A stretch of DNA of 63,801 bases, counting the filler, from Octopus bimaculoides (Eukaryota), in the NCBI RefSeq assembly GCF_001194135.2. It is 4 parts of 4 records of this genome, joined end to end, with 100 filler letters (N's around TTAATTAATTAA, not from the genome) between each part and the next. Parts side by side here need not be neighbours in the genome. Positions count along the whole stretch, not along the records: positions 1 to 19,111 come from NC_068983.1; 3 more parts are not named here. The stretch is one strand, 5' to 3'. Position numbers and translations under genes: made by a program. The first letter of the stretch is position 1, and each line of letters begins with the position of its first letter. Under the pieces are notes generated by a model. That model saw only the letters and a list, made by a program, of their open reading frames with translations. It was not told the origin of the DNA and made no database searches. Shown here piece after piece: positions 1 to 9,324 of this stretch.

Positions 1-57
<57 letters not shown>

Positions 58-968
58 TATATACACACACACACGAATACACATACATATGCATATATAT
101 CTTCTACACTCTATAAAACATTGAAAAAAAAAACGATTCCCTAGAAAGCTTAAAAACCATCTGAATCACTGTAGCTGTCAGCTTATGTACATTAATGTGT
201 GACAGTGATATATTGAGATGTATCCTGCTTTCTGTTTCCTCTCTTTGAATTGTTATTTCATGTACTTCATGAGACATTAAGTCCATTGTCAAATGCTATT
301 CATAATAGAATCTGTCAGTGGTGGTGGTGGTGGTGGTAGAAGCAATATAAGAGGTGTTAGTAATAGCGGTGGTGGCGGCAGCGGTGATGGTGGTGGGGAT
401 ACTCGTTGTTGTTGTTGTTGTTGTTTAGCCCTAGGTTAAACTGAAATTAAGAAGATCTATGATCAAAAGCATTCCAGCTATAATCATCTTTCCTCTTTTT
501 AGGGGTTTATCTAACACTATATTATCTACCTGTGGTATGTACTTCATTTTTTTGTTATAGATTGGGTATGATTTGGAAGAAATTTAGCTGCTATTTCTAG
601 AGTGTCTCTTTTGATCATGAGTAGTCAGTGTCGTTAACATTGTTGTTAGCTCAGATCAAACTCATTTGAATAGAACCGTGATCAGAGGCCATTCAGCCAT
701 GACCAGCCCATTCTTTACAGGAATAGGAATATTCTTTTATTTTCATCAGTAATAGAACTGTGAGCATGCTGGGGGGGGGGTCTCTGCTCCAAAGAGTTTA
801 GGTATTCAAATTGACTTCAAAGTCAGATTCTTTTCCTGTTGGTGTCTTTTGCCAAAGTGCTATTTCATGGTGACAAAAACAATCCAATAGCCATTGTCAA
901 GCAGTGATACATAAGCACACAAACACACACATCATTCACCCACAGCAGTGAGTGAATGATATTCTTAA

Positions 969-1186
969 CCCATTAGCATTTAAATTGGCCGTATCTGGCT
1001 GAAATATCCTACAGGTTTCATGTTAAAACTGGCAAGGGGTGGCCTCTCACACCTGTTCTACAATGTCACTATAAAGATATACAGTTGCATCATCAACATC
1101 TCAAAGCCACAAGATAATGCATGATGAATTCCAAACAATATTAATAAATGAGCATAACATTTGACAAAATAATTTGAATGCTAAAG
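969..1186. mobile_element. piggyBac-type MITE (right end degenerate)
   Basis: TTAA followed by CCCATTAGCATT at the left end; inverted AATGCTAAAG at 1177-1186. The right TTAA is not preserved. Confidence 0.5.
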
Positions 1187-1298
1187 ACAATTTAGTATAA
1201 AGAAACTTCCCCAAAAGTTCCAAATGAAGGGAGTCTAATACTAAAAACAATCTAAAGATTTTGTATGCAAAAAAATCCCCCAAAACTTATGAGATAGA

Positions 1299-1452
1299 TG
1301 CAGGAGTGTGGCTGTGTGGTAAGTAGCTTGCTTACCAACCACATGGTTCCAGGTTCAGTCCCACTGCGTGGCACCTTGGGCATGTGTCTTCTACTATAGC
1401 CTTGGGCTGACCAAAGCCTTGTGAGTGGATTTGGTAGACGGAAACTGAAAGA
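1299..1452 (+). mobile_element. tRNA-derived SINE head (family B: GCAGGAGTGGCTGTGTGGTAAG...)
   Basis: A-box-like TGGCTGTGTGGTAAG and B-box-like GGTTCAGTCCC; homologous copies at 23398-23505, 54865-55012, 59137-59275 and 62903-63030. Confidence 0.85.
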
Positions 1453-1534
1453 ANNNNNNNNNNTGTGTGTGTGTGTGTGTATGCAGATGTATACACAAAA
1501 AATTCAGTAAGATCTGAGTAAAGTACATTATTTA

Positions 1535-1910
1535 CATTTGACGGATATTTGTCCTCATCTTGTTTGTTGTTAACAAAACGTTTCGGCTGATATAACCTCC
1601 AGCCTTCATCAGATGTCTTGGGGAAATTTCCAACCTGGATTCTCATTCCTAAGGTATTTTTCGATGTTATTATTATTATTATTCAGGTCAAACTCAGAAT
1701 CTTGGGATTAGTAGCCTGCGCTCTTAACCACTACACCATATGCCCGTGGGCAATTATGGAGTGAATTTCAGGGTTTATAAATCTAATATTTTTCTATCCT
1801 TCCTTAATACCAGTTCTCATATGCTATTCATATCTGCACTTGGTCTACTTAGGAGGTTGTTGTGCTCTGTAAATAATGTACATAATTCCTCATCTCTTAA
1901 ATATAGAACT
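1535..1910 (-). mobile_element. Penelope-associated non-autonomous repeat containing a minimal hammerhead motif
   Basis: Minus strand 1572-1617 reads GACAT-CTGATGA-A-GGCTG-loop-CAGCC-GAAAC-GTT-TTGTT. Element boundaries are approximate. Confidence 0.5.
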
Positions 1911-2176
1911 GTCTGAGTAAAGTAGTTTTGGGTTCATCATCATCATCATCATTTAACATCCATGTTCCATGCTGGCATGAGTTGGTAATGGTAATTAGAG
2001 AGAAGCTAAGAAGTAGAAAGTTTACATTCTGAGGTGTAATGACTCAGCAATAGATAATGCACATTTCCATGAATTATTGATTTTAAATAGTTATATATGT
2101 ATAAGTGAATTCATCATATTGACAAACATATTTGCTGTCATGTATGTAATATCTAAAGCTTTACAATGCGACAAAA

Positions 2177-2300
2177 CATGCTACAAAGGCAAAGGTGACA
2201 CCATAGACAGAAATAATTACAGAGGTATCAAGTGATGAAATTTATGAAAAGTGTCATAGCCCAACTAGTTAAGAAGAGAGTTAGGGTAGATGAGATGCAG
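2177..2300 (+). mobile_element. Short RTE-clade RT fragment
   Basis: Encodes CYKGKGDTIDRNNYRGIK and IAQLVKKRVRVDEMQ, homologous to 4005-4125. Confidence 0.75.
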
Positions 2301-2319
2301 GAAGAAACATCACTCATGC

Positions 2320-4125
2320 TGGGTTCCTTGTAAGACAGTTGCAGAAGTATCTAGCAGAAATCAGCCTCTGTAACCAAACATTCATGGGTTCCTTCTTTTC
2401 TGACATTGAATAACATCTCTCCTTCCTGTGTTATCTCCCATATCTCTTTCCCAGTTCTCAGAGTTGGCACTCTAAATGTAGGCACATTGAAAGTAGGTCT
2501 AGCGAGATTGTAGAGATGCTTCAACAGACATGTTGATGTATGTGGCGTACAAGAGGTAAGATGGAGAGGAGCTTCAGCCAGAGCCCTCACAGGCAAAGCA
2601 CATAGGTATAAACTTTTCTGAGAAGTAATTGAATGGGAGGTGTGAGCTTACTTCTTGCAGAGAAATAGGTGGATAAGGTCGTAGAGATAGTGAGGGTGTG
2701 TGATAGAGTACTTAAACTCAGGCTAGTCTTGCAGAATGGTATAGCTACAATTATCTCTGCCTATGCCCCACAAGCAGGCCTACCAAATGAACAGAAGGAT
2801 CACTTTTATGATATTCTTCTGCAGGTTACTTCAAAGACAAGTGATAATGATCTCATCTTTGTGGCTGGAGATTTTAATGGGCATGTTGGACAGCAACCTG
2901 TTATCTTCCATGGCGTACATGGGGTCCCATGGAGATGGTACCAGATATGAAGAGGGAACTAGGCTCCTGGAGTTCTGCAATGCCAATAACCTATTGATCT
3001 GCAACTCCAACTTCAAGAAACCAGCTAGCCACCTGATAACCTATCAATCAGGTGACTCTGCTAGCCAGATCAATTTCATTCTCACCAGACAGTGGGATGC
3101 ATGGTTGATCTTAAATACAAAGATCCTTCCTGGTGAGGAATGTACCCCCCCCCCCCAACATAGACTAGTTATTAGTGACTTTAGACTCGAGCCAGAAGAC
3201 TTTCAAAAAGTAGACCAATCTGGAAAAGAAGGACTTGGAAGCTTAGGAACCCTTCACATGGTCAGAGGTTTAGGGATATCTTTACCAAGAAATTTGATGA
3301 TAGGGAGGAGAAGCTACAGTCCTGTGACATAGAAGGCAGCTGGGAATTCCTGCGAGACAGCTTGCTTTGTGCCACAGACCAAATCTGTGACTGGTGCAAA
3401 GTCTTTTCCAGACCTAGAGTAACATGATGGTGGAAGAATACTGTAGACAGGGCCATTAGAGCAAAGAAACAGGCCTGGAATGTCCGGAAGAGTGGGGGTA
3501 GCAGGAAAATGTATCAAATAGCCAAAGGGGAAGCTAAAAGACAGTTGTATATAGCCAAGGGAGTGGCAGAAAAGAAGTTTGTCAATGTTCAGTGATGCGA
3601 GGACCAAAGACTTGAGGTGTTTTGTGTTGCAAGACAGTGATGTCATAGGAGAGAAATGTGTCCATATGGATGACGGTGCCCTTGTGTTTAATGACTCTGC
3701 AAAAAAAGAGGCTTAGAGAAGACATTACGAAGGACTGCTAAATGTGGAGAATGAATAGGAGGAGGGGAGTCTGCCAAAGGTTGACCCACTTGAGGGACCA
3801 GCTATCTGAATCGACAGTACCTAGGTAGACAAAGCTATTAAGGATATGAAGACAGGCGAAGCTCCTGGCCCATCAGGAGTCACTGCTGAGAGGCTTCAAA
3901 TATCGGGCAGTGTGGGTTATGGTCTTGTCACCTGCATCGTAAATCAGGCAGTCCATGAAGGAGTCATATCCAATGATTGGTGTAGCAGCATCATAGTCAA
4001 CTGCTACAAGGGGAAAGGTGATGCTTTAGATAGAAATAACTACAGGGGTATCAAATTACTGGATCAGGTGATGAAAGTTGCAGAGAGGGTCATAGCTCAA
4101 CTAATTAGGGAGAGAATTAGCCCCT
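2320..4125 (+). mobile_element. RTE-clade LINE, degenerate APE endonuclease plus RT N-terminal region, 3'-truncated
   Basis: Motifs VGTLNVGTL, VQEVRWRG, AYAPQ, GDFNGHVG, PQHRLVISDF, KTGEAPGPSG and YKGKGDALDRNNYRGIKLL occur across frameshifts and stops. Confidence 0.92.
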
Positions 4126-4983
4126 TCTTTTAGGTTCACTTTCTAAGTAGCACTACAACACTATCCTGTTTTCTTCACAGGTCCTCTTCCTTCTCCTTAC
4201 ACTATTATCTGCTGATGCTGTATTAGGATAACAGCTGTGGTCAGTCAGCATCTTTACTGATGCCCTTCCCTTAACGGTCCAACTTTATTTTTGCTGTTAC
4301 AATCAGAGTTTCTTTGAAAACGCCTGTCTCTCATAAACTGAGGTAAGGTAATCTACGTCACCCTTGTCATCACCACTATTATTCTTCGAATTACAAAAGT
4401 GTCAAGCAACTTTCTATTTCACTATTTGTTGTACCTTTGTGCTGGTGGGGGTGGTGGGGGGTGGCATTTTCTTTTTGCTGTAGAGAAGAATATTGTATTG
4501 TAGCAGTATGTTGTGTTACAGGGTTTGGTTTGAGTCTTCTGTTGTATTAGTTTTTGTATTGAGTGTTGTTTGTATCAAGAAAAACAGCGCATGACCTTGC
4601 AGGTGGAGTCCAGTTGGAATTTTCTTCGTGTCAAGTAGCCCATCCCGCTCAAAAAGTCCCTGAATAAGAGTTGTTTAAGGATGTTGAACAAAACAACTAT
4701 GTATCCAAACCCCAAAGAATTTCTCTCAACACATGGCTATGATGTTTCCCCACCACTTCTGCTCACAATCAGAGATGCAAATATTGTCAGCCACCAAGGG
4801 ACATGCTCAACTGGTTAAGATCAAACAACTAACAAGCAAATCTGTGGTATTGAGCAGAATATTTACTTGAGCCCATCTTTTTATACCAAGGCAAAACAAT
4901 GTACATGATAGCACTTCCAATCTGTTAAGATCAGAAGCCATGAGAGTCACTGCCTGGTACTGCATCCGGGCATTTATCTCTGT

Positions 4984-5126
4984 CAGTGGTTACTAACCTG
5001 TGGTCGGCAAAGGTAGTAGTGGGGTGGGGGTCCGCGAACATGTTAAACTGACAGTCCTTTCAATATCCTGGGAAAACCCATTTAAATAAAAGAGGTCCTT
5101 AATAGTGAAAAAGTTGGGAACTACTG
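4984..5126. mobile_element. hAT-type MITE (143 bp)
   Basis: Termini CAGTGGTTACTAACCT and AAGTTGGGAACTACTG are imperfect TIRs of the Charlie/Chaplin style. The 8-bp flanks ATCTCTGT and ATCGATAT match at 5 of 8 positions. Confidence 0.6.
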
Positions 5127-5462
5127 ATCGATATTATTGTTTTAAAAGGCGGTGAGCTCTCAGGATCGTTAGCACGCCATACCGAGCTCCATTTTCTCTT
5201 TCATCCTTTTGATGTCGATGTAATTGTTTAACCCGCTCCATTCTACATTTCTGAGCTTCAGTCAAAATTAGAAATAATCAATATTATATTGTATCCTGTC
5301 ATTATTTGGTGATATGTAATTAATATTATTTTCCACTAATTCTTATATAAAATAAATTTGCCAATAGAAAGTTGCCTCCCTTTCAACATTTGACTTACCT
5401 CCCTTGCAGAGTTTTCCTCTCGTCTAATTGTGTGTGATTCATTATCTGATTCAGTCATCGTT

Positions 5463-5770
5463 AGCCAAACCACTGCGAAATGACTGAGACCTTCGGCATT
5501 ATGTCGTGCTTGAGAAGAAGACCCATCAAGCCGAGTAAAGTCACAGTTGTGGCAGATACCAGTATCACGCAAATGGCACCCATGCCAGTGGCACGTAAAA
5601 AGCACCCACTATACTATCGGAGTGGTTGGCATTAGGAAGGGCATCCAGCTGTAGAAACACTGCCAGATCAGACTGGAGTCTGGTGCAGCCCTCCAGCTTG
5701 CCACTCCCCAGTCAAACCGTCCAACCCATGCCAGCATGGACAACAGACATTAAATGATGATGATGATGAT
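5463..5770 (+). mobile_element. RTE 3'-tail / RTE-mobilised SINE ending in (GAT)n
   Basis: GGCACGTAAAAAGCACC...GGCATCCAGCTGTAGAAAC...CCATGCCAGCATGG...TAAATGATGATGATG; the same tail occurs inverted at 9325-9520, 10864-10985, 28398-28608 and 30630-30760. Confidence 0.85.
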
Positions 5771-5837
5771 CATGAATTATTAAAACCAAATATATAGATA
5801 ACATTTATACTACAAAAAATTTTCAAGTTTCAATTTA

Positions 5838-6035
5838 TTTTACTTGTTTTAGTCATTTGACTGCGGCCATGCTGGAGCACCACATTAATCGAACAAATTG
5901 ACCCTAGGACTTATTCTTTATAAGTCTAGTACTTATCCTATCGATCTCTTTTGTCAAACTGCTAAGTTATGGAACATAAACAAAGCAACACTGGCTGTCA
6001 AGTAGTGATAAGGGACAACACACACACATAGATAT
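5838..6035 (-). mobile_element. SINE family B 3' half
   Basis: TTTTACTTGTTTTAGTCATTTGACTGCGGCCATGCTGGAGCAC..., shared with 6722-6925, 23113-23345, 23712-23930 and 63060-63265. Confidence 0.8.
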
Positions 6036-6721
6036 ACAACGGGTCATCTCAACTCTGTGGACTTGACCAATAGATGTGGCTATGTTCCGATACATCTCNN
6101 NNNNNNNNNNNNNNNNNNNNNNNNNNNNNNNNNNNNNNNNNNNNNNNNNNNNNNNNNNNNNNNNNNNNNNNNNNNNNNNNNNNNNNNNNNNNNNNNNNNN
6201 NNNNNNNNNNNNNNNNNNNNNNNNNNNNNNNNNNNNNNNNNNNNNNNNNNNNNNNNNNNNNNNNNNNNNNNNNNNNNNNNNNNNNNNNNNNNNNNNNNNN
6301 NNNNNNNNNNNNNNNNNNNNNNNNNNNNNNNNNNNNNNNNNNNNNNNNNNNNNNNNNNNNNNNNNNNNNNNNNNNNNNNNNNNNNNNNNNNNNNNNNNNN
6401 NNNNNNNNNNNNNNNNNNNNNNNNNNNNNNNNNNNNNNNNNNNNNNNNNNNNNNNNNNNNNNNNNNNNNTAAGTTATAATTTCTTAGAGCTGAACACGGC
6501 ACGCAAAAAGTAAATAAAACTTTTTACGGAAATTAATGAATAACGACGTTTCTGCGGGTGAAAACGAACGATGCCAAAATTTGAAACCAGTATTAACAAT
6601 TTGTTGATATGCAGTTATCTCCCTTCAATAACATGAACGATTTTGTGTTCTTTATTCTGGTTTTCTGAAATTCGAGTTCAAATCCTGCTGTCGGTTCCTT
6701 TGTCATTCAGCTTTCCATTCT

Positions 6722-6925
6722 TTTATTCTTTTACTTGTTTCAGTCATTAGACTGTGGCCATGCTGGGGCATTTCCTTGAAGAATTTTAGTCAAACGAATC
6801 GATCCCAGTCCTGGTTTTTTTTTGCAGCTTGCTACTGTTTTGTTGAACTGCTAAGTTATGGAACATAAACAAAGCAACACTGGCTGTCAAGTAGTGATAA
6901 GGGACAACACACACACATAGATATA
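6722..6925 (-). mobile_element. SINE family B 3' half
   Basis: Same diagnostic tail sequence as 5838-6035. Confidence 0.8.
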
Positions 6926-7200
6926 CAACGGGTCATCTCAACTCTGTGGACTTGACCAATAGATGTGGCTATGTTCCGATACATCTCCACCAACATCTAT
7001 TTCTCTTTCCTGTCCCTACTGAGGCAGCCAAGTGCCTCCTCTATACGAAAAATCACCTATTTCTATCTCTCTATTATACCTCAAGCTCTCAACTGGCACA
7101 AAACCACCTCCCTCAGTGCCACTTCTCTCAGCATTTAACACTTTGACAATTTTACACTTTTTGTATTTTTTTATTAAACTGAAAAAATAGTTTTTTTTTT

Positions 7201-7347
7201 GGTACCAAATATATATTGCATGTGTTTATTTGGTAAAAAATATTGTTTCTTTTTGGGTGCCAAATGCATAGTGCGTGTGTTTATTTGGCAATAAATATTG
7301 TTTTTTTTTTGTTGCCAAATATTTTGTGTGTGTGTTTATTTCAACAC
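7201..7347 (-). terminator. Three tandem ~55-bp units, each with an AATAAA polyadenylation signal, in the 3' UTR of the TPR-TIR gene
   Basis: Plus-strand TTTATT occurs at 7225-7230, 7280-7285 and 7335-7340 inside repeated ccaaat...gtgtttattt units, 80-200 bp after the stop. Confidence 0.55.
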
Positions 7348-7422
7348 AAGATTCCACATCAGGAATCTTCATAAATAAATATTACATTTTCAATAAATAA
7401 ACTTCTAAATTGTTAGCTATTA

Positions 7423-8988
7423 TCATGACTCACTGCTGAACAAAGTCTCAAAAAAATTGTTCACGAGAGAGGAACCTTTTTGAAATTTAACATGTGGTAA
7501 GATCTTCAATTGGCTTGGTATGTCTTCATCTTTGCTAAGAACCATTATTTTTCGACAGTAGTTATTTTTTATATCTAAGATCTCTTCTATGAAGAAATTA
7601 CAAATTCTAAAATCCTTCGACACACAAATAACGATAATTAAACTTTGGTAAAAAATCTTTAGCTGGGTTTTGATTTTGTCTTGTCCATAGAAATCTTCAG
7701 TGTCGTTGTCAATGATGCGTAAACCAAACTTTGGATTTTGGAATGATTCTAACTCTTTCCTGCAGGAGAAATATTTAGTAAAAAAACAAACATCATAGGA
7801 AAAATTTTCTTTCAATTCCTTGAAGGTGATTTGTGATTTTAAAGCCAATGATTGCTTGAAGCAAAGCTGACATATTTCATTATCATTTGAGAGAGAAGCA
7901 AATCTTAAAAAGGACTTTATCCATATGTCTCTTTCTCTGCATTCTGCATCAATATCTTTCTCCAGGATAGCTAACATTTCTTCCCGTGGCAATGACTTAG
8001 TTAAATTTAATGGTCTGCTGTTAAGTATGCTTTGGGGAGAATGTGTTTTGTAATTTTGAATTTGATACAGTATCATTTTTGCCAGATTTTTTAAAGGGAT
8101 GGAGATTGTATTTTTCTTGGTTTTTACTAACTGTTCTTGGGCCTTCTCAAATTCATTTTTATTTATCAAATAAAATGCATTCAAACAAGAGATAAGAGGA
8201 TTAAATCTGTCAAGTTTAACAGCTTCTGAAATATAACCTTGTGTTTTAGAAGAGATTAAAGCCCCAAAATAAAAGGACATGGGTTGAGGTCGTATAGAAT
8301 TGATCTTGTCAAGAGAGATTCTTGCCTTCTCGTAATCATTCTGCCTGATGAAATAATTAACTATTTTAAGTAAAACTGATGTGTTAGTTATCTCATCAAT
8401 TGGTTTGGTAATTCTCCATTTACCTCTCTCCAAGTATTCTGCTTTAATCTCTTCATCATCTGGAAGTAATTCCGATGCTCTATGCAAATATTTCTCGTAC
8501 TCTTCAATGAAATCATCGTTCAACTTTCGTATAAGTTTAGCTATATGTAGCAAAACTTTGCCATTTTTGGGATTTATTCTTATTGAGCGTTTGAAACACT
8601 CCAAAGCACTTTCATACAGTTTTGGATGAAGACGGTTGAGGGCATAGCCTAAACAGGCATAAGCTTCATCAATTCCAGAATGACAGTCTAGTTTCTTAAA
8701 TGAGTCATTAGCTTTTATATCACGCTTTTTTTCCAAACACCAGCAAATATAGTTAATTTTGTATATAAATATATTCTTTTGGGGATTTTTAAATTTCTCT
8801 TTCAAGAATTCATGAAGAGAATCATGCCAAATATTTTTTTTATACTGTTCTTCATGGCTTTCTGATTCTACTTTAAGCTTAAGAGTCTGGAAAAGTTCTT
8901 CTCTGGTTTTATATAAGTCTTTTTCTTTCAAATAGTCAATTATTTTGAAATGATGAGGGTACTGATCTAGTTTAGCCCTAAGATCCAT
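7423..8988 (-). CDS. IFIT-like TPR protein with C-terminal TIR domain (521 aa, single coding exon)
   Basis: This is the only long stop-free ORF of real sequence. The track starts it at GTG 9018; the first ATG is at 8988 (context ATT ATG G), with an in-frame TAA upstream. KLDQYPHHF resembles IFIT SLEQLRCHF; INYICWCL resembles IFIT GNYAWVYY; GYALNRLHPKLYESALECFKRSIRINPKN resembles IFIT1 [29 protein letters not shown]. The C-terminus (7438-7803) has TIR-like order: FSYDVCFF (box 1), GLRIIDNDTEDFYGQD (BB loop), QSLIIVICVSKDF, and IEE in helix C. Alignments are from memory. Confidence 0.85.
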   Translation of the reverse strand: MDLRAKLDQYPHHFKIIDYLKEKDLYKTREELFQTLKLKVESESHEEQYKKNIWHDSLHEFLKEKFKNPQKNIFIYKINYICWCLEKKRDIKANDSFKKLDCHSGIDEAYACLGYALNRLHPKLYESALECFKRSIRINPKNGKVLLHIAKLIRKLNDDFIEEYEKYLHRASELLPDDEEIKAEYLERGKWRITKPIDEITNTSVLLKIVNYFIRQNDYEKARISLDKINSIRPQPMSFYFGALISSKTQGYISEAVKLDRFNPLISCLNAFYLINKNEFEKAQEQLVKTKKNTISIPLKNLAKMILYQIQNYKTHSPQSILNSRPLNLTKSLPREEMLAILEKDIDAECRERDIWIKSFLRFASLSNDNEICQLCFKQSLALKSQITFKELKENFSYDVCFFTKYFSCRKELESFQNPKFGLRIIDNDTEDFYGQDKIKTQLKIFYQSLIIVICVSKDFRICNFFIEEILDIKNNYCRKIMVLSKDEDIPSQLKILPHVKFQKGSSLVNNFFETLFSSES

Positions 8989-9067
8989 AATGATTTGCTG
9001 GAATATCCTACTGCTCACAGTTGTTTAAGATTTTTTGGTACAGATCTGGAGTTTATATGTGCCAGCC

Positions 9068-9105
9068 CTGTAGTAAAAAAAAAAAGAAAAAAGTTAAAAT
9101 TAGCA
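9068..9105 (-). promoter_or_regulatory. 3' splice acceptor for the exon carrying the TPR-TIR CDS
   Basis: Minus strand reads gtgCTAATtttaacttttttcttttttttttttactaCAG|GGCTGG: branch-point-like CTAAT, long polypyrimidine tract and CAG. The exon starts at 9067. Confidence 0.75.
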
Positions 9106-9324
9106 CAAAATGGAAAAAAAACAATATAAAGAAGATCCAAAAGTGAGAAAGAATTTGGTGATATGGGTTCGAGGTTTTATTAGATTTGAAGGGTTACTGG
9201 AAAGGTTCTCACAGACCATGCAATATCGAACCAAAAGAATCCTTTTCAAATGCAAAACAGACAACTTTGGAACTGATATTTTCATTTCTTACAAATCATC
9301 AAATTCAATCATTATCATTGTTTT

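Noticed and set aside
5957-6987. 142-bp identical duplication (5957-6098 and 6846-6987)
   Set aside because: One copy ends exactly at an N gap, so it is most likely a contig-end or haplotype assembly artefact.
7423-8988. Bacterial contamination or recent horizontal transfer as the source of the intronless TPR-TIR ORF
   Set aside because: It is contiguous with host SINE and RTE copies with no gap, has a spliceosomal acceptor and AATAAA signals, and single-exon coding is normal for IFIT-like genes.
9016-9018. GTG start given by the ORF track (531 aa)
   Set aside because: The context is eukaryotic; the first ATG at 8988 has a good Kozak context and directly precedes the IFIT-like N-terminal motif.
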